The notes beneath the pieces were generated by a model, which was not told where the DNA came from, made no database searches, and was given only the letters and a program-made list of their open reading frames with translations. 64,000 nucleotides of DNA, taken from the NCBI GenBank assembly GCA_905178155.1, contig CAJINV010000011.1, positions 1,822,454-1,886,453 of the forward strand. The letters run 5' to 3'. Below are positions 34,649 to 46,659 of this stretch, one piece after another. Position numbers and translations under genes: made by a program. The stretch's first letter is position 1, and each line of letters opens with the position of its first letter. The DNA comes from Amoebophrya sp. A120 (lineage: Eukaryota; Protista; Dinoflagellata).

Positions 34649-35962
34649 TCAGATCTCGTCGACGCACAGGCGGCGGTCAGAAGGGCTGACGGCGAGCAAG
34701 CCGCGCATGTCCCGTGCTAGCTTCTGTACTTCCATGTCCTCTCCCTGCAGAAACCGATCCTGTTCCAGCACATCCTCGCACTCGTTTCCGCCGGGCAACG
34801 TCGACGCTGCCAGCATGTCTTTGATATGCGCAGCATACTTGTGCATCTCCGCCTGGAAGAACTCCGACTCCTTGGCGTCGTCGAAAAAGAAGAGCTCTGC
34901 TTGCCACCAAATTGCCGGCGAATGGTAGCTAAACTCGTGTGGCCGCGAGGCAAACACAAGTGGCAACGTCCGGGCGGGCGGCTCGTACGGCAACGCATAT
35001 GCGACTGGGATGCCCGGTGCGGTGGCAGAGAGCCCCGGGAAATGAATGATCGCCCCTTCCGCTGCGCGATGCGTCTGGTGCATCAGGAAAACTCCTAACA
35101 AAGAGCTACCCAGGTTCCAGATGTCGGATTTTTTCAGGTCGACGACCGCCCCGTCGCTCGCAATCTCCTCCGGCAACCGCAGGAGGCCCTTCAACTGCAC
35201 GGTACTTGCGCACGTGAGGACCGGCCGGGGATCTTCTCCTTTTCTCAGGGGCCGTGAAATATCCAGATGCAGAGAGTCCACCCCGATGGCGCCATGGACG
35301 ACATTTCTCGCGTGGAGGGAGTTCAGGGCACGCTGCATTCCACGAGCAAAGACAAGTGCGTCCGCAGCATCCCATCCCCGAACCTCCTTGACGGAAGGCG
35401 GCCGCGACGCGCCGACCAGGAAACCCGCATGGCCAGAAACGAAGAATGTGGGCTGCAAGTGCAAGCAAGACTCGGTCGTCCTTATCCGTGCGATGTTATC
35501 ACTAAACGATTGCAAGAGCCGGAGTTCGTTCGGATCCACCTCCTCGTTGGGAATGCGCGAGCACAGGTACGCAGCCAGCTCATCTCCCGAGGACTCGTCC
35601 AGACCATCTTTGTCTTTGCGTTTTCCGGCATTCTTCTTCGGAGATTTCGTGCCCTTCACCTCGGCTGCTTTATCGGGCTGGTTTTTCTTCGAGACGACCG
35701 CGGCAGGTCTCGTGGATTTGTCCTTAACTACAGAAGTTTTCACCACTTTGCGAAAGTGAACCACTTCTTGCCACGTTCCTCGCAGAGCCTGCAAAGCAGT
35801 TTGCGGAGCTGTAGTTGTCATCCCATGTCCCGCGGCACTTCCAGACGAGAATGACTTCGCAGATCCGGTGGCGTCAACGTCCAGAAGCATGTCCTCTGCC
35901 GCCTTCGAAGTCGTGTCCGCCTGCCCTGGCAGCGCATCACGAAGTTCAAACGTGATGCTCAA
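34649..35962 (-). CDS. Protein-kinase-fold protein, probably a pseudokinase; likely last exon of a larger gene
   Basis: RALNSLHARNVVHGAI (HRD position altered), SDIWNLG, RGLLAVSPSDR. Confidence 0.6.
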   Translation of the reverse strand: MSITFELRDALPGQADTTSKAAEDMLLDVDATGSAKSFSSGSAAGHGMTTTAPQTALQALRGTWQEVVHFRKVVKTSVVKDKSTRPAAVVSKKNQPDKAAEVKGTKSPKKNAGKRKDKDGLDESSGDELAAYLCSRIPNEEVDPNELRLLQSFSDNIARIRTTESCLHLQPTFFVSGHAGFLVGASRPPSVKEVRGWDAADALVFARGMQRALNSLHARNVVHGAIGVDSLHLDISRPLRKGEDPRPVLTCASTVQLKGLLRLPEEIASDGAVVDLKKSDIWNLGSSLLGVFLMHQTHRAAEGAIIHFPGLSATAPGIPVAYALPYEPPARTLPLVFASRPHEFSYHSPAIWWQAELFFFDDAKESEFFQAEMHKYAAHIKDMLAASTLPGGNECEDVLEQDRFLQGEDMEVQKLARDMRGLLAVSPSDRRLCVDEI

Positions 35963-36457
35963 AACTTTGTCCGGCGTCTCCTCGACACCCGGACCCGCAG
36001 GCGCGCCGGTGTCCGCCGCTTCGTAGCAAACCGCTGCAACTGTTGCCGCGTCTTGTGCGATGGTGCCGTTGTTGTACCCCGCGAAGTGCAGACCAGCTGT
36101 TTATTATATTTGTTGATGGTAGCATCGCATGAATGAGTGCGTGACTTTCCATAAAAACATGAACAATCATCACAGATGCCGTTCTGGCTCACTAGAAAGT
36201 GGTCTCGGAACGGATTCTGGTTCAGCTATTATTCCTCGCAAAAACCTGAGCCTGACATGCAAATTGAAATTGTCATTTACCAAAATTCCTAATGAAAGCT
36301 TCCGTCGTCGAAGCGCAAAGCGACCCGGTGCAGAAGTAGAAGTGTCCTTTCCCCAAGTCTGTCTCAGCTTCGACTATCTTGTGCCGACCCTCCTCAAGGT
36401 TTAGTTTGGATCCGCAGCATGCACAGACTGGTTGGATAGGCGGATCATGGGGAAAAA

Positions 36458-38287
36458 TTACCTTCCTCCAAATATACACAAAAGTCGAAGTCCTCGTGCA
36501 TTTGCATCACATATATGTCTGTCTGTGATACTAACGATTTGTGTCGCCACGAAAACGGAAATGGAAATGTCAATGTTTTCCCCTTGATACGCTGCGGCCA
36601 GAGTTTCGTCTAACTGGAAGTTTCCGCGAAGGCTGATCTGGAGACCTTGAAACACGAAAGTAATCGGCTTTTCGTAGTGACGGCCAAGTTCATGCCCGTA
36701 TTCTTTCTTGAGCTCCTCGATGTCCAGCTTGTCCAACTCAAGTCGCAGGGCCTCGGCTCCCTCGTGTGGAATAGGCGACTTGTGGTCCTTGCCCATGTAC
36801 TTTCGGTTACGCAGGATCCAATCGCGCTTCGAGACGGCCAGTGTGTCGCAAAATCTCCTCTTACCGACGGTACCGACAGCAGTTGCGACGTAGATTGTTA
36901 CTGCGTGGGTTGTACCAGCTTCCGCCGCCTCTTTACCGTGCAGCTTTCGCGTTTCCTTCCGTAGGTACATGATGGCTTGCGTTTCCATCTCCGCAGAGGC
37001 GCCGGGCAGTGCTACCGACTCGCTTGTCGTCACTGCAAACTTCTTCCTATGCATTGCAAACATGTCTGGGTCTACTGGCCAGTTGTAATGCTAAATAAAA
37101 GTGAAAGATAAGAAGCACTGCAATGTTACGCAGCCAAGCATGACAAATTTTCGGGCTGCTCATATTTATGTTGCGTATTCCGCATGACACAGACAAGACA
37201 AGACTTCGCGCTGCGCTTTTGCATTACAGGTCAGAAGACCTTTTTTCTTGCCCATGCGTCACAGAATCTTGAGCCATGATGTCCGACTTGCATGTTGACA
37301 AATCTAAATCTAGAATAATCATCGAGATCAAGACATATTTGCACTTGATACTTCTTCGCGCTCTGCAACACGCCTATTTCGCCAAATTTCCACGTATCAG
37401 AGCTCTGCCACAGTTCATCTTCATCTGCTGGACTATTGTCTTCTGGTTTTTTTGGGCGCTTCCCTATGGGGATGCACAACGCCCCCTCCCCCTCATCTGA
37501 GCCGCCGCAACCGCATGAGGTAGCAATACAAGCAACGGGAGAAATCAGTTCTCCCGTTCGCACGACACATTCCAATGTAAGCACGGATTTTTGTAGTGTC
37601 TCAGATTCCAACATTTGTCATGCAGCTCGTGCATCAACGCAAAAGGATGAGGAGAGTTGGTGTAGTGTTGGACTCACTATTTGGCTAATGAGGGAAGGGG
37701 GAGTAGTTGTACAATCCCATATTCCCGCCGCCCACATGACCAGAGTTTCCGCCGGCACGGCTTGACGCCCCGGCAACTTGTTTGTCGAATCCCGGCACAC
37801 AAGATGAACCTGGCGAAGTTTATTTAACGTTCATGCAGCTTATCTTTTACTTCTATCATTATTTTCTCATTTATCATATCTTTGTTTAGTGCATGGCGCA
37901 CATGAAACAGTGCCAATGCGCATAGAAAACATTGACAGAACCGAGCTCAATACTCGCGGCGCCAGTCCTGGCTTCCTTGTTGTCCTCGTCACCCAAATCC
38001 TCAGTCGCGCTTGCCAAAAAGCCGAATGGCCTCTCGCCCTCGCGGCTGCTCATCTGTTTTGTTAACAAGGTCTGGTGGTCGATCTTGGAAGTCGCGCTTT
38101 TGCTTTTCGATGAACTACTGGTAGCGGCCATATTTCGTGTCTGCGACTTTGAGCAGCTGCTGCTGCTGCTTCCACGGCTCTGCTCCTCTCCGTCACGCGG
38201 TGGGTCCATGTTTGCGAAGTGGAGACGTCTTGTGTAAAAAAGGCAGGTTTCGTTATTTTCACGAGCACGAACAACCTCTTGTGCCAA
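36458..38287 (-). CDS. Hypothetical multi-exon protein (may be the 5' part of the kinase-fold gene)
   Basis: ORFs 37231-37614 and 36458-37063 join in frame across the introner at 37048-37350. Other boundaries are unresolved. Confidence 0.45.
37048..37350. mobile_element. Introner family B
   Basis: TAT...ATA ends, TGCAAA.ATGTCT IR, flanks AGAAG/GGAAG, frame-preserving. Confidence 0.82.
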
Positions 38288-39873
38288 ACGAAAATTGGTT
38301 CATACTGAACTGACCAAACACGAAGATAGAAGGCTACTTCACTGACTTACACTTTCTCCTCGTCCTTGAACTTTTGCAGAAAGAAAAAATAAAAAAAGAT
38401 GTATTGATAGATAGTCAGTTTCTTGGGCCTTCTTTCTTATTTTTGGCCAGGTTTACATTTGCTTCACTCCATCTGCCACAGGAGAAACGCGCGAACTTTG
38501 CGAAAACGAGAAGTGGCATGTGCGCTCAAGCTTTTCATGTCCGACCCCGAAGATATATTATTCGGGTGCAAATCGAGATCTCTCACGAACGACCCCGAAG
38601 ATGGATCATGATAGAGCGAAAAGTCGCGACCCCTTGTTGCGGCTTAATGAGTCTCCACAAAACCCTCCACACGAAAGAACGCAACCTTTTGTCACTTTGT
38701 GTAACGGATTACGAGACGAGCGGGCGAAGGAGCTTCTTCGTGTCTGCACGGCGGCTCGCAAAACTGAACCTTCGCACTAGATGCGTGGAGATTCCATAAA
38801 AACGACTAAGCTACTAATGTGTGTGAACACGCTCCCAAAGGAACACAACAAAAGCATAACCTCCATTTGGAATGATACAGACACATTCACATTCAAACGG
38901 AGAGGATGTCCCTATAACTAAAACTATTATATTCGTGCAGAAGATAATATACAGTTGTAATGGCAGCTCCGTCCCTGATCAACACAAGACTCCAGCACTG
39001 AGAAGTTTTACTAGCACTGACTAGTCTTGTACACTGTAAATTTCTGCCCGATCACAAAAACAAATTTGAGAGTTAATGTACAGGTCTCTACCGACTTGGA
39101 AATGTGAAACACTCCTGCAAGACTTCATGTCTATTGTTCAATTCTAATTTTGTAGCTTGGACTGCCGAAAAAACCTGAATGAGATAATCTGCAGCGAGAG
39201 TGCTACAACGAACTAGCGTCCGCTCCGCGTTTGCCGACTGCTGGTGGGCCGTGAAGCACAAAAATACTTTTGTCTACATGATATAATTCATTTTTTATGT
39301 TGAGGCAGACGCAGAACGCAACAAAAAATACAAATATCTGATTGTAGCGTGCCACTGTTCACAGAGGTGTCATGCAAAAATAGAAGGAAGAGATCCGCAG
39401 ATACTCTAGACTGACACATGAGACGCATGGCGATTCAAGATGAGACGCATGGCTCTCTTGATGAACATTGCTTCTTGCTACTTTGAGATTGGGGCTCAGA
39501 TTTGGTACAATAGTAAGCTTGCGATGACGATGAGGAGACTTCTTTTCTGATGGTGTGTAAAAACCCTTGAAAACTCATTTTGCTGTTAACATTCCCAATA
39601 ATCTCATAACCCTGTAACAATATAACTCCGTAGTGAGTTAATTTCATCTTACAAAATCGGGAGCTGGCTCATGATTGCAAAGTAACTCTAACTACTCCCA
39701 CCTTTACGACTGAGATGCGACAAGGTTCACGTTCACATCACCGAGTAGTAAGAAGATGAAACACAATTCATTTTCTGTTCTTGTAAAACAACCAACAAGC
39801 CCCTAAGCGACACCGACAGATCACAAGCTGCATCCATCATTCGATGCTAGTTAATTCCTGACACGAACAACCC

Positions 39874-41487
39874 TTAGTTAAGGTGGGGATTCTGAAAGTA
39901 ACCGCCGGAGGCTACCTTCGTGTCGCGCGCCGCGGGGAGATTTAGGCGACTCTCTGCCATGAACCCCGTTTGGTGCGATGTCGACTGCTGCGGCTGAATC
40001 CCCATGGAGAACTGCTGCTGCTGCTGCTGCTGCGTCACCACGGCCCACGGATTCCGCAACCTCTGGCCGTTCTGCACCACCGGCAGGTTCAAGTTGAAGT
40101 AATCCCGTGGGTGCGCCTCCAGGAATGTGGTGTGGTGCGTGGAAAGGTAGTTCTCGATAGACTGGCGGTTCGACAACTGGATTTCTCCGCTGAGGCAGAT
40201 TTCCAGTGCCTCAAGCACGTATGCTGCGGACCGCAGAAACGGACTGTCTGGGTTTATGTGTTCGGTGCGGTCGTTGTCGGCCTTGTACTGAAACTGGCAA
40301 TACCGATCGAAGTAGCGCAATATCTGCGCAGACCGCGACCGGGCCTGCAAGTCAATATGTTTTGTGTCAAGAACGGGGAAAGAACAACGAATAAAAAGCT
40401 TACGCTTCCGGTTCATATTCATATTCTTATCATATCTTCAGTTCTTGTTATTTCATATTTCCTTCTAACCTTGGTAATGAAGAAAAGAAGCGTAGTCTGT
40501 ACCACTCCAATCAGCGCACCGCTTTTGATTTGTTTGAAAGCGTCCAAACTGTCTCCCTTCGTGATCTCGGCGATGAACTCCATCACGTTCTCGATCGTGT
40601 GGGAATCGTGGATCATGTCCCGCAAACCCAGTGAAGTGGACTCGAACTTTATGTAGTCGCGCAGCTGAGCGATGGTGGCCTGCAACAGCTCGTTCTTGTC
40701 GCTCCGATCCACATCTTGTTGTTTTATCCACCAGGTAACTAAGCGTCATCGCCACCAAATGTTTGACAAAGATTTAAAGCAAAGAACAGAGCAAGAGACT
40801 CAGATGCACTGACAACTTACTTAAACTTCTTTGTTTGTCCCATCTATGAGAAGACCTCTCTGCTCCTATGAAACATGTGCTTGCACACTTTGCATCTGCG
40901 TCCTGCCATCGAGCGACCATGAAACTTGTATTGGTTTCCTTGGGACGATGATGCGGAGTTTTTTTCTGTCGATACTGACCCCGTGCAACCTGGTAATCAG
41001 CTCGTTCTGGTTTTGCGTCAGCTTATTGCACGTTTCCGCGTTGGCCCGGCCAATGTTCTCCGTCCTTATCACCCAGAGCCACTGCATTACTTCCCGGTCG
41101 AGGGGATCCGGACGCGATGCAATTTCGCTCATCACCTGGACCGATTCATGTACTTGGGCAGTTTCTGACTGGTATTGGTAGATCTCTGTAGCTGCAGGAT
41201 TGCATCTGCATGTTGAGAAGCTACTTCCAAAAACCTCATTTTAAAGCAAAAATGATGAACCTAAATCTCCTAGATCGATATACCAGTTGCACAGCCTGCT
41301 GCGGTCTTGCCGGAGAAATCATGTAGTATCTTCTGAGAAGTTGCTCCATTTCTGCATCGAAGGCCGCACTTCGTTCATTGTATCGCGCACCCGCACTAGG
41401 GGCGAGGATGGGCGGCTGCACGATCTGGTTGTTTTCCTGGGGTCCACCGGCAGGAGCACCAGGACCTCTCAAAAAGAACCGTCTCAT
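39874..41487 (-). CDS. Hypothetical protein(s), probably one multi-exon gene
   Basis: Four adjacent coding-like ORFs (41236-41487, 40866-41135, 40419-40712, 39874-40422). The first two can be joined in frame by GT-AG. Confidence 0.4.
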
Positions 41488-43176
41488 GGGGACAACTCAC
41501 TACGGGTGTCAGCTACTTAAATTGAAAAAGGAAAGTCGTAATATTTGGTTGGTTGGCTGAGTCTGTTGTTGAGGTTCGCTGTCTTTATTCCTTCGCTTCT
41601 TATTTCAATACCAGGCTAATGTTGTACTTTCGCTCCCATTCACAACCAATACCAATCCGGAATCGAAACCAAGTTCGACTTCAAAAAAAATCTTCTTGAT
41701 CCCTAAATTTCTAATCGACTACGACTTTTCATTTTTTTCAGTTACGAGCCACTGAAAAACAAAAAGAAAATCATGAACATATGTGAAGCGTGGCTCCACT
41801 TGCGCAAGAAAATATACACTATTACTGTCTGATATCGATGCATGGCTGCATACGATCCTCTCGTTCGCTCACCCACAAGGTCTTCCAAGTGTTTATGTAC
41901 GTGTTTGTTTCAACATGTACGCGGTACACAAGCTTTCCCGATCGGAAGTGAAATACGATGTGATCGACATTGACGTGGACAGAAGAAATGATGACGACAC
42001 CCAGATGGAATTAGACGTCGTCTACCATAACCCCTTTAACCTTTAAATATGTGACATATTGTATAGTTAAGCAACCACGACCCAGGACTGCCATATGGAG
42101 AACATACGATTTTGCTAGTGCCTGTGGTGGATGTCCGCTTTGATAAAAAAAATCGAATCGCGAATATCAATCTTGAGAACGCAGAGCAAGTGCGAGTGGT
42201 GAGAGAACGACGCTCCGTACCGTCACTACCACTGGAGAAACTTGCGTCTATCATCTTTCTCGCTCGTTGTGAAGAAATACAAAGTACAGAAAGCCCAACA
42301 TGGTGAAAGCGAGGTGGTACAATTTCACACGGCATCCTGCGGAATTTATTGCAGATTTTGCTTCAATAAATATCATCAATCATGGACATACATAAAAGGT
42401 CAGCTGCTATTGAAGAAAGACGCCGTGAAGAGGACATGCTTTTCGCGCCCGTTCATCATTGCGAGACTAGGACGTGGAGGAGTGTTTTCGAGGGTGGTGA
42501 GTAGCGACAAGGCCCGCCAGGCCAAAGAGCTCGGCGGAGCGGTTGCAAAAGCCGAGAGCATATTTTTGACACCCATCTAGATTTGAACTAGGACGTTAGG
42601 CCCGCGGCGCCAGCCGCAGCACGCGGGGGGAAGTAAATGCACAAATGACAAACATCTGCGCATAAAATGGGAAGGAATCATGCAAAGATCAGCACGAGAG
42701 TGCAGCAGCGCCAAAGCGCGCCGGCAGAACGAAGCGCTCTCCCTGTTCCCTCCTTCTCGCAATCGTTGATACGACAGCAACACAGATCCCTTCGTATCAC
42801 AAGACGCATCTGGTCCATTTCGGTTCGCGAAATCAAAACAGCATAGTACTGTTTCACGATTTAGTCTTCTTGAAATAGTGTTTTCGTTGAAGCAAAAAAC
42901 TCCTAGCGAAACAAAAGCATTCATTTTTTGCACCTGAGCCGATGCCTCAATTTATTATGCATCTACAGGTCGCTTTTTGTTTTCCATTTCCGTGCAGAAG
43001 ATGAAATCTCAATTTTTCTGTGGTACAAGAGGCAACCAAAAGTTTCCTTTGAGTTTGGCTATCTTCCGCAAAACTTGTAACTACCAGCGAATCAATCGTA
43101 CAACATGATCGGACTACATTTCCTCCTGGCCATCAACATGAAGATCTTGTTCACCGAGGTGGAGGACCTAGGTGTA

Positions 43177-45064
43177 CTACTGAAGCCGTGCGTCGGAAAC
43201 GTGGAACAGGGCGACTTCTAGATTCATGAAGGCTGCGTCGTTTTTCTCGAATATGCCCAAGACCTGGTCGTCGGAGGGCGTCAGAAACGCGAGCACTTCG
43301 TTGAGACCGTGCATTGGGTATGCCATGCAAATATGTTTGGGTCTCCTCGAAACTTGTCATGCTAGCTGCGTCGCGTATCCTAAGAAGGCCACAAGTCGTG
43401 ATAAGTTGTGATGGCTCAGCATGGGAAGTTTCTGAGCTTCTAGAGTAGCTCCAGTTCGGGTTGCCTATTCTGCATGACAAACACAAACTGCACTTCTGCA
43501 TGACAGAAAAAAAGGGGGCTTTCCTTTTGCGTAACTGGCATCACAGACATGTGACGAGTCTTGCCAGCCGAGCATGACAAACCTTGCATTCTTCCAGACC
43601 CAGACATATTTGCATGGGATACTGGGTTTTTCCCGACAATCTCTTCGATTGACTGGACTGTTGGCAGATGCGGGTTGCGGCCGTTCGGCCCCACAGTCTT
43701 CATGACATCGACCCAGCTAACCAGCAAGATCTCGTCGAGTATGCCCCGCACTAGATCTGGCCGCGGGAATTTTTCGCCGACCCAGTACCGCACTTCGCGT
43801 CGCGTTTCTGAGCGCGCCACGTACACGAATCGTGTGTCGAGAGTATTCATGTCGTCCCCGACCAGTGGAAAGAGAACGCACTGTCCATTGTTAACCCGGA
43901 GTTCCAGAACTTGCGCCCCGCGCTGGTCAGCAGGCATAAGCGGTCGACTCATCGTGAAGTTTAAATCGCCCTGATTGTATTTTTGTTCGCAATTTTGATT
44001 CCCGTTAGGTCATTCTTCTTCTCCGGAGCGTGATACTCAGCATATCACGCACACTTTGAACGATAATAAGTCAAGTAGAAAGTAAAACGTTTCTGGTATA
44101 CGGGAAGCGCGACGTGGTAAAATATTTCTCGACGCCACTCTGTAGCCGCCTTACGCGCCAAAGCTGATTGTACACAGGAGGGCAGGCCATGACCAGTCCC
44201 GAAAGCCGGGGTGGTGCCAAAGCGGCACGGGTGCACCGGTGCCATCGTGTCATTTCGGTGCAAGTACAGCAAGATGCAAGCGGCCATGGCAGCGGCTCCG
44301 AAACCTTCTATCCTTATGACGGAGATGGTCTCCAATCCGACCCTTTTGATTAGGAAGTACAATGTCTGGGAGACAAGGGCGTAGATGCTGTCTTCGCATG
44401 GAATGTCGGTCCACCGCAAGACCTCGCTTCCGTCGGCTGAGGGGTAGTGGTCACCTAAGTTTCATACTAGCATCGTTTCAACGACAGACTCAGATTACCT
44501 GCAGATGCTTTATCTGCAACGAGGAGGAGCTCTAGCATGAGCGCAACATTCTTACTAGTCACAAGCACTGCAGTACGTACCTCTCCTTCTTGTCGCAGGC
44601 ACGACGTGAACCGATCTTACCGCAGCGATTTCCAAATGGCGCACGGGATGCAGAGCACCGGAGTCTATGACTTGTATTGGCATACGCTGCGCGGTTCCCC
44701 ACGGAGTAACAGTGGGCGGATGGCGACTCACGCATGTAGCTGGTGCGGGGAGGGACTCCATCTGATTTTGTACTTGATCATCCGCAACTGCAACAGCAAA
44801 ACTCGTGTGATCGCTGGGAGATGAATCTGGGAAATTCAATATTGGCACCCTTTCCAAATCGCGGCCCTCGACAAATGCCATGACCGCACCGGGAACCGAC
44901 AACTGCGACCTTGATGGCCCGTGGACGCCGCTAAAGTATCCACGACTAGCTCGGAAGGAATTCACGACGCCGCTGAAGTATCCACGGGACACCGCTAAAG
45001 CCTCCCCGCTGTGGCCTAGCTCGGAAGGAATCTCTTCATCCGGCTGATGAGGTTCCCTCCTCAT
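43177..45064 (-). CDS. Unknown-family protein, paralogue 2 (multi-exon)
   Basis: ORFs 44555-45064, 44045-44419 and 43440-43952 join via in-frame GT-AG sites plus the introner at 43319-43621. All three align by eye with the 46660-49274 ORFs. Confidence 0.65.
43319..43621. mobile_element. Introner family B (same subfamily as 2872-3126)
   Basis: TAT...ATA ends, flanks CCCAG/CCCAA. Shares internal blocks GGCCACAAGT, AAGTTTCTGAGCTTCTAG and GTTGCCTATTCTGCATGACAAAC with 2872-3126. Confidence 0.9.
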
Positions 45065-46659
45065 CTTATCGTTTCTATTTCCAAATCCAAATCGCTGGAG
45101 AACCTAATTCTTCTTGCAGCAAGCCAGGATGCGGACTACCTATCGAGGAAAACATCACCGAGATCTGGTAGTACTAGCACTAGCAGTACAAATGTATGAA
45201 CCGCATAAAAGTCAAGATTTTGAGAATTTTGGGACCTAAAATGCAAATGTGGCACGCATGCTTCAACCAGGTCATCTAGTTTGATGTATGGACATAAAAA
45301 CCTCAAACCGATCCTGTTGTCATTTTTGCAGGAGCTATTTTGAGCAATTTTGAATTCAATTCTATTTTACTCGATATTATGAACCGCATAAAAAAAAGTT
45401 CATCTTATCTATGGCACCAGTGATGAACTACAGTGGACACGTTTTGACATTGATGAATGAGAATACGAGGCACGACGCTCACTCCGATTGCGACTCTCTT
45501 TGAGCCAACAGCTCACAGCATCGCTCTACAGGTTGTAGCGTGTTTCACATGTTCCAGGGTGTATCTAAGTGTGAATCTCGGCACTGAAACCTACTGGCCG
45601 ATTGGCAAAAAAAACAGGTAGACAAATGTAAAAAAACATTCCCCAAAAAACGACTTTCTCATGCGACGCTACGATAGTAGTACGATGTACACGATACAGA
45701 AAAAAGCGAAACCGAGTAGCAACGACCGATCAGAAAAAGCAAGATCTTGACCGATGAAGATAGGTGTGAACATCCTGTGAACAACAATCGCCACAGAGCT
45801 GACTCATGTCTCACTCGGAACGACCGAGGGCGAGCCACATTGATACCATCAAATGCGAAAAATGTTCTTCTACAATCAGAAGCTTCGTCCTGTAGAAGAG
45901 GCAGAACCAGAAGACGAGTCTCCCTTTCCTCTTTGTAAAGTTCATATGTTGCCGTAGAAATCCAAATCACGCACAGGCGGTGTTGATTCGATCGTCTCCA
46001 GTTGCAGATTTGGCATCCTGCGAAGGTTTTTCGTTATTGGTTTTGGAGCAGGAAAAGAAGTTCTGAATTTAGAGCATTTCGTTGTAGTTGGAGCCGGGGC
46101 GTGGCATAATTGGTCGTTTAGTAGGGCTTGCAGTTCCGGAGTTCCAGGGATGGCTAGCGCGCAGCGCAGGAGGTATTTTTTCACTACCTCGGCATCTGCC
46201 CGTCGTTTTCTTTTTCTAATTGCTTTTATTTCCATATTACTGCAAGTAGCAAAATCAATACAGCAAAGCTTGAGGCTCTGCTGTAGACTTGAAAATAATG
46301 AACAATAAATGATCCCGGTCCTCACTGCTACTCTTGGGTTTCTGAAGCGATTTGCTTAAGCACGAAGAAAATTCCAAATTACCATTGTATAGATTACCTT
46401 ACTTGAGAAACGCAAATAGTCGTGCCTTGGTAAGTAACGACAACACGCGATGTGCATCTGGTGTATGAGTATGCATTTAGCTTTCCACAAAAATTGATAG
46501 CGACGGCGCATCAACACACACGACATCGCAAAAAAATAAATATCGTACAGGAGTTGCACCAGGGCCACTACACATACATTATACAATCGTAGAAACATTT
46601 ACATTGCCATGTAAAATCAAAATAGAAGCACACAGCAAAAAAAATGTCGAGCTCCATTT

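Noticed and set aside
36227-36530. Additional introner at the end of ORF 36458-37063
   Set aside because: One TAT-type end and the octamer are present, but I could not identify a convincing partner end or direct repeat.
39874-41487. Virus-like operon of short overlapping ORFs (ATGA overlap at 40419-40422)
   Set aside because: Plausible GT-AG joins exist and no viral hallmark protein is recognisable. A spliced host gene is simpler.
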